This document shows, one piece after another, positions 63,517-64,000 of a stretch of DNA of 64,000 nucleotides (positions are counted from its first letter, which is position 1; every line of letters starts with the position of its first letter). Below the pieces are notes generated by a model. That model was not told the origin of the DNA and did no database searches. It saw only the letters and a list, made by a program, of their open reading frames with translations. The position numbers and the translations under genes were made by a program. This stretch comes from Azolla caroliniana (lineage: Eukaryota; Plantae; Polypodiophyta), in NCBI GenBank assembly GCA_043228905.1, contig JBHGNT010000007.1:11346001-11410000 (forward strand), read 5' to 3'.

Positions 63517-64000
63517 TAAAGAACACCAGGTCATTTGAAACAGGTAATATGTCGCATTATGAGAACACTACGTCGAAAAAGGGCACAAAAGCACGCAGTT
63601 TTCAAAAAGACACGACGCATGCGTAAAGCTTTTCAGAAAAGGTGGCAAAATATATTGAATTTCAACATGACTACCACTTTGAGTCATAAGTAAAATGCCT
63701 CCAAAAATACATCACCAAAATTACAAAATAATGTACAACATGTCTACCAGTTACAATTATACATATTCGTGAGTTTACATCCAAAACAAATTTACAAAGT
63801 TTCCGATCATGTAGTAAAACAATCCCCAGCTTGAACCAAACAAATATATTAAGACATGTCTGATGGACTTGAAGAGCATTTTGACGTCTCATCCTCATCA
63901 TCAGTGGCAATCAAAGCATTATCCTCATCCAATTCCAACCCAACATCTTTGTGGTTATGAGAATTGCTTCTGGTTATTCTCTGTATTTCGTTTGACACCA

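Overview
This is land-plant genomic DNA; a seed-free plant such as a fern is my inference from the element types. The first ~4.7 kb holds a spliced minus-strand gene for a TFIIS-N domain protein. It is followed by AT-rich DNA and a degenerate tandem array interrupted by a hAT-like MITE. From ~12.9 kb to the end is a deep nest of LTR retrotransposons, most with readable LTRs, TSDs and primer sites: self-priming chromovirus-like Gypsy elements, three non-chromoviral Gypsy elements (A, B, C), several Copia elements and solo LTRs. The most unusual signal is in Gypsy A (14952-31653, +) and Gypsy B (37028-47125, -). Neither has a polypurine tract. Instead, exactly 2 nt before the 3' LTR, both carry the same tRNA-3'-end-like sequence (TCCCACGGGCGTGCCA), which is an inverted second primer-binding site preceded by a hairpin. 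Both also share a conserved ~1000-codon extra ORF downstream of pol. Several chromovirus-like LTRs carry an antisense tRNA-like A-box/B-box cassette. Coordinates and mismatch counts were read by eye and no database searches were run.
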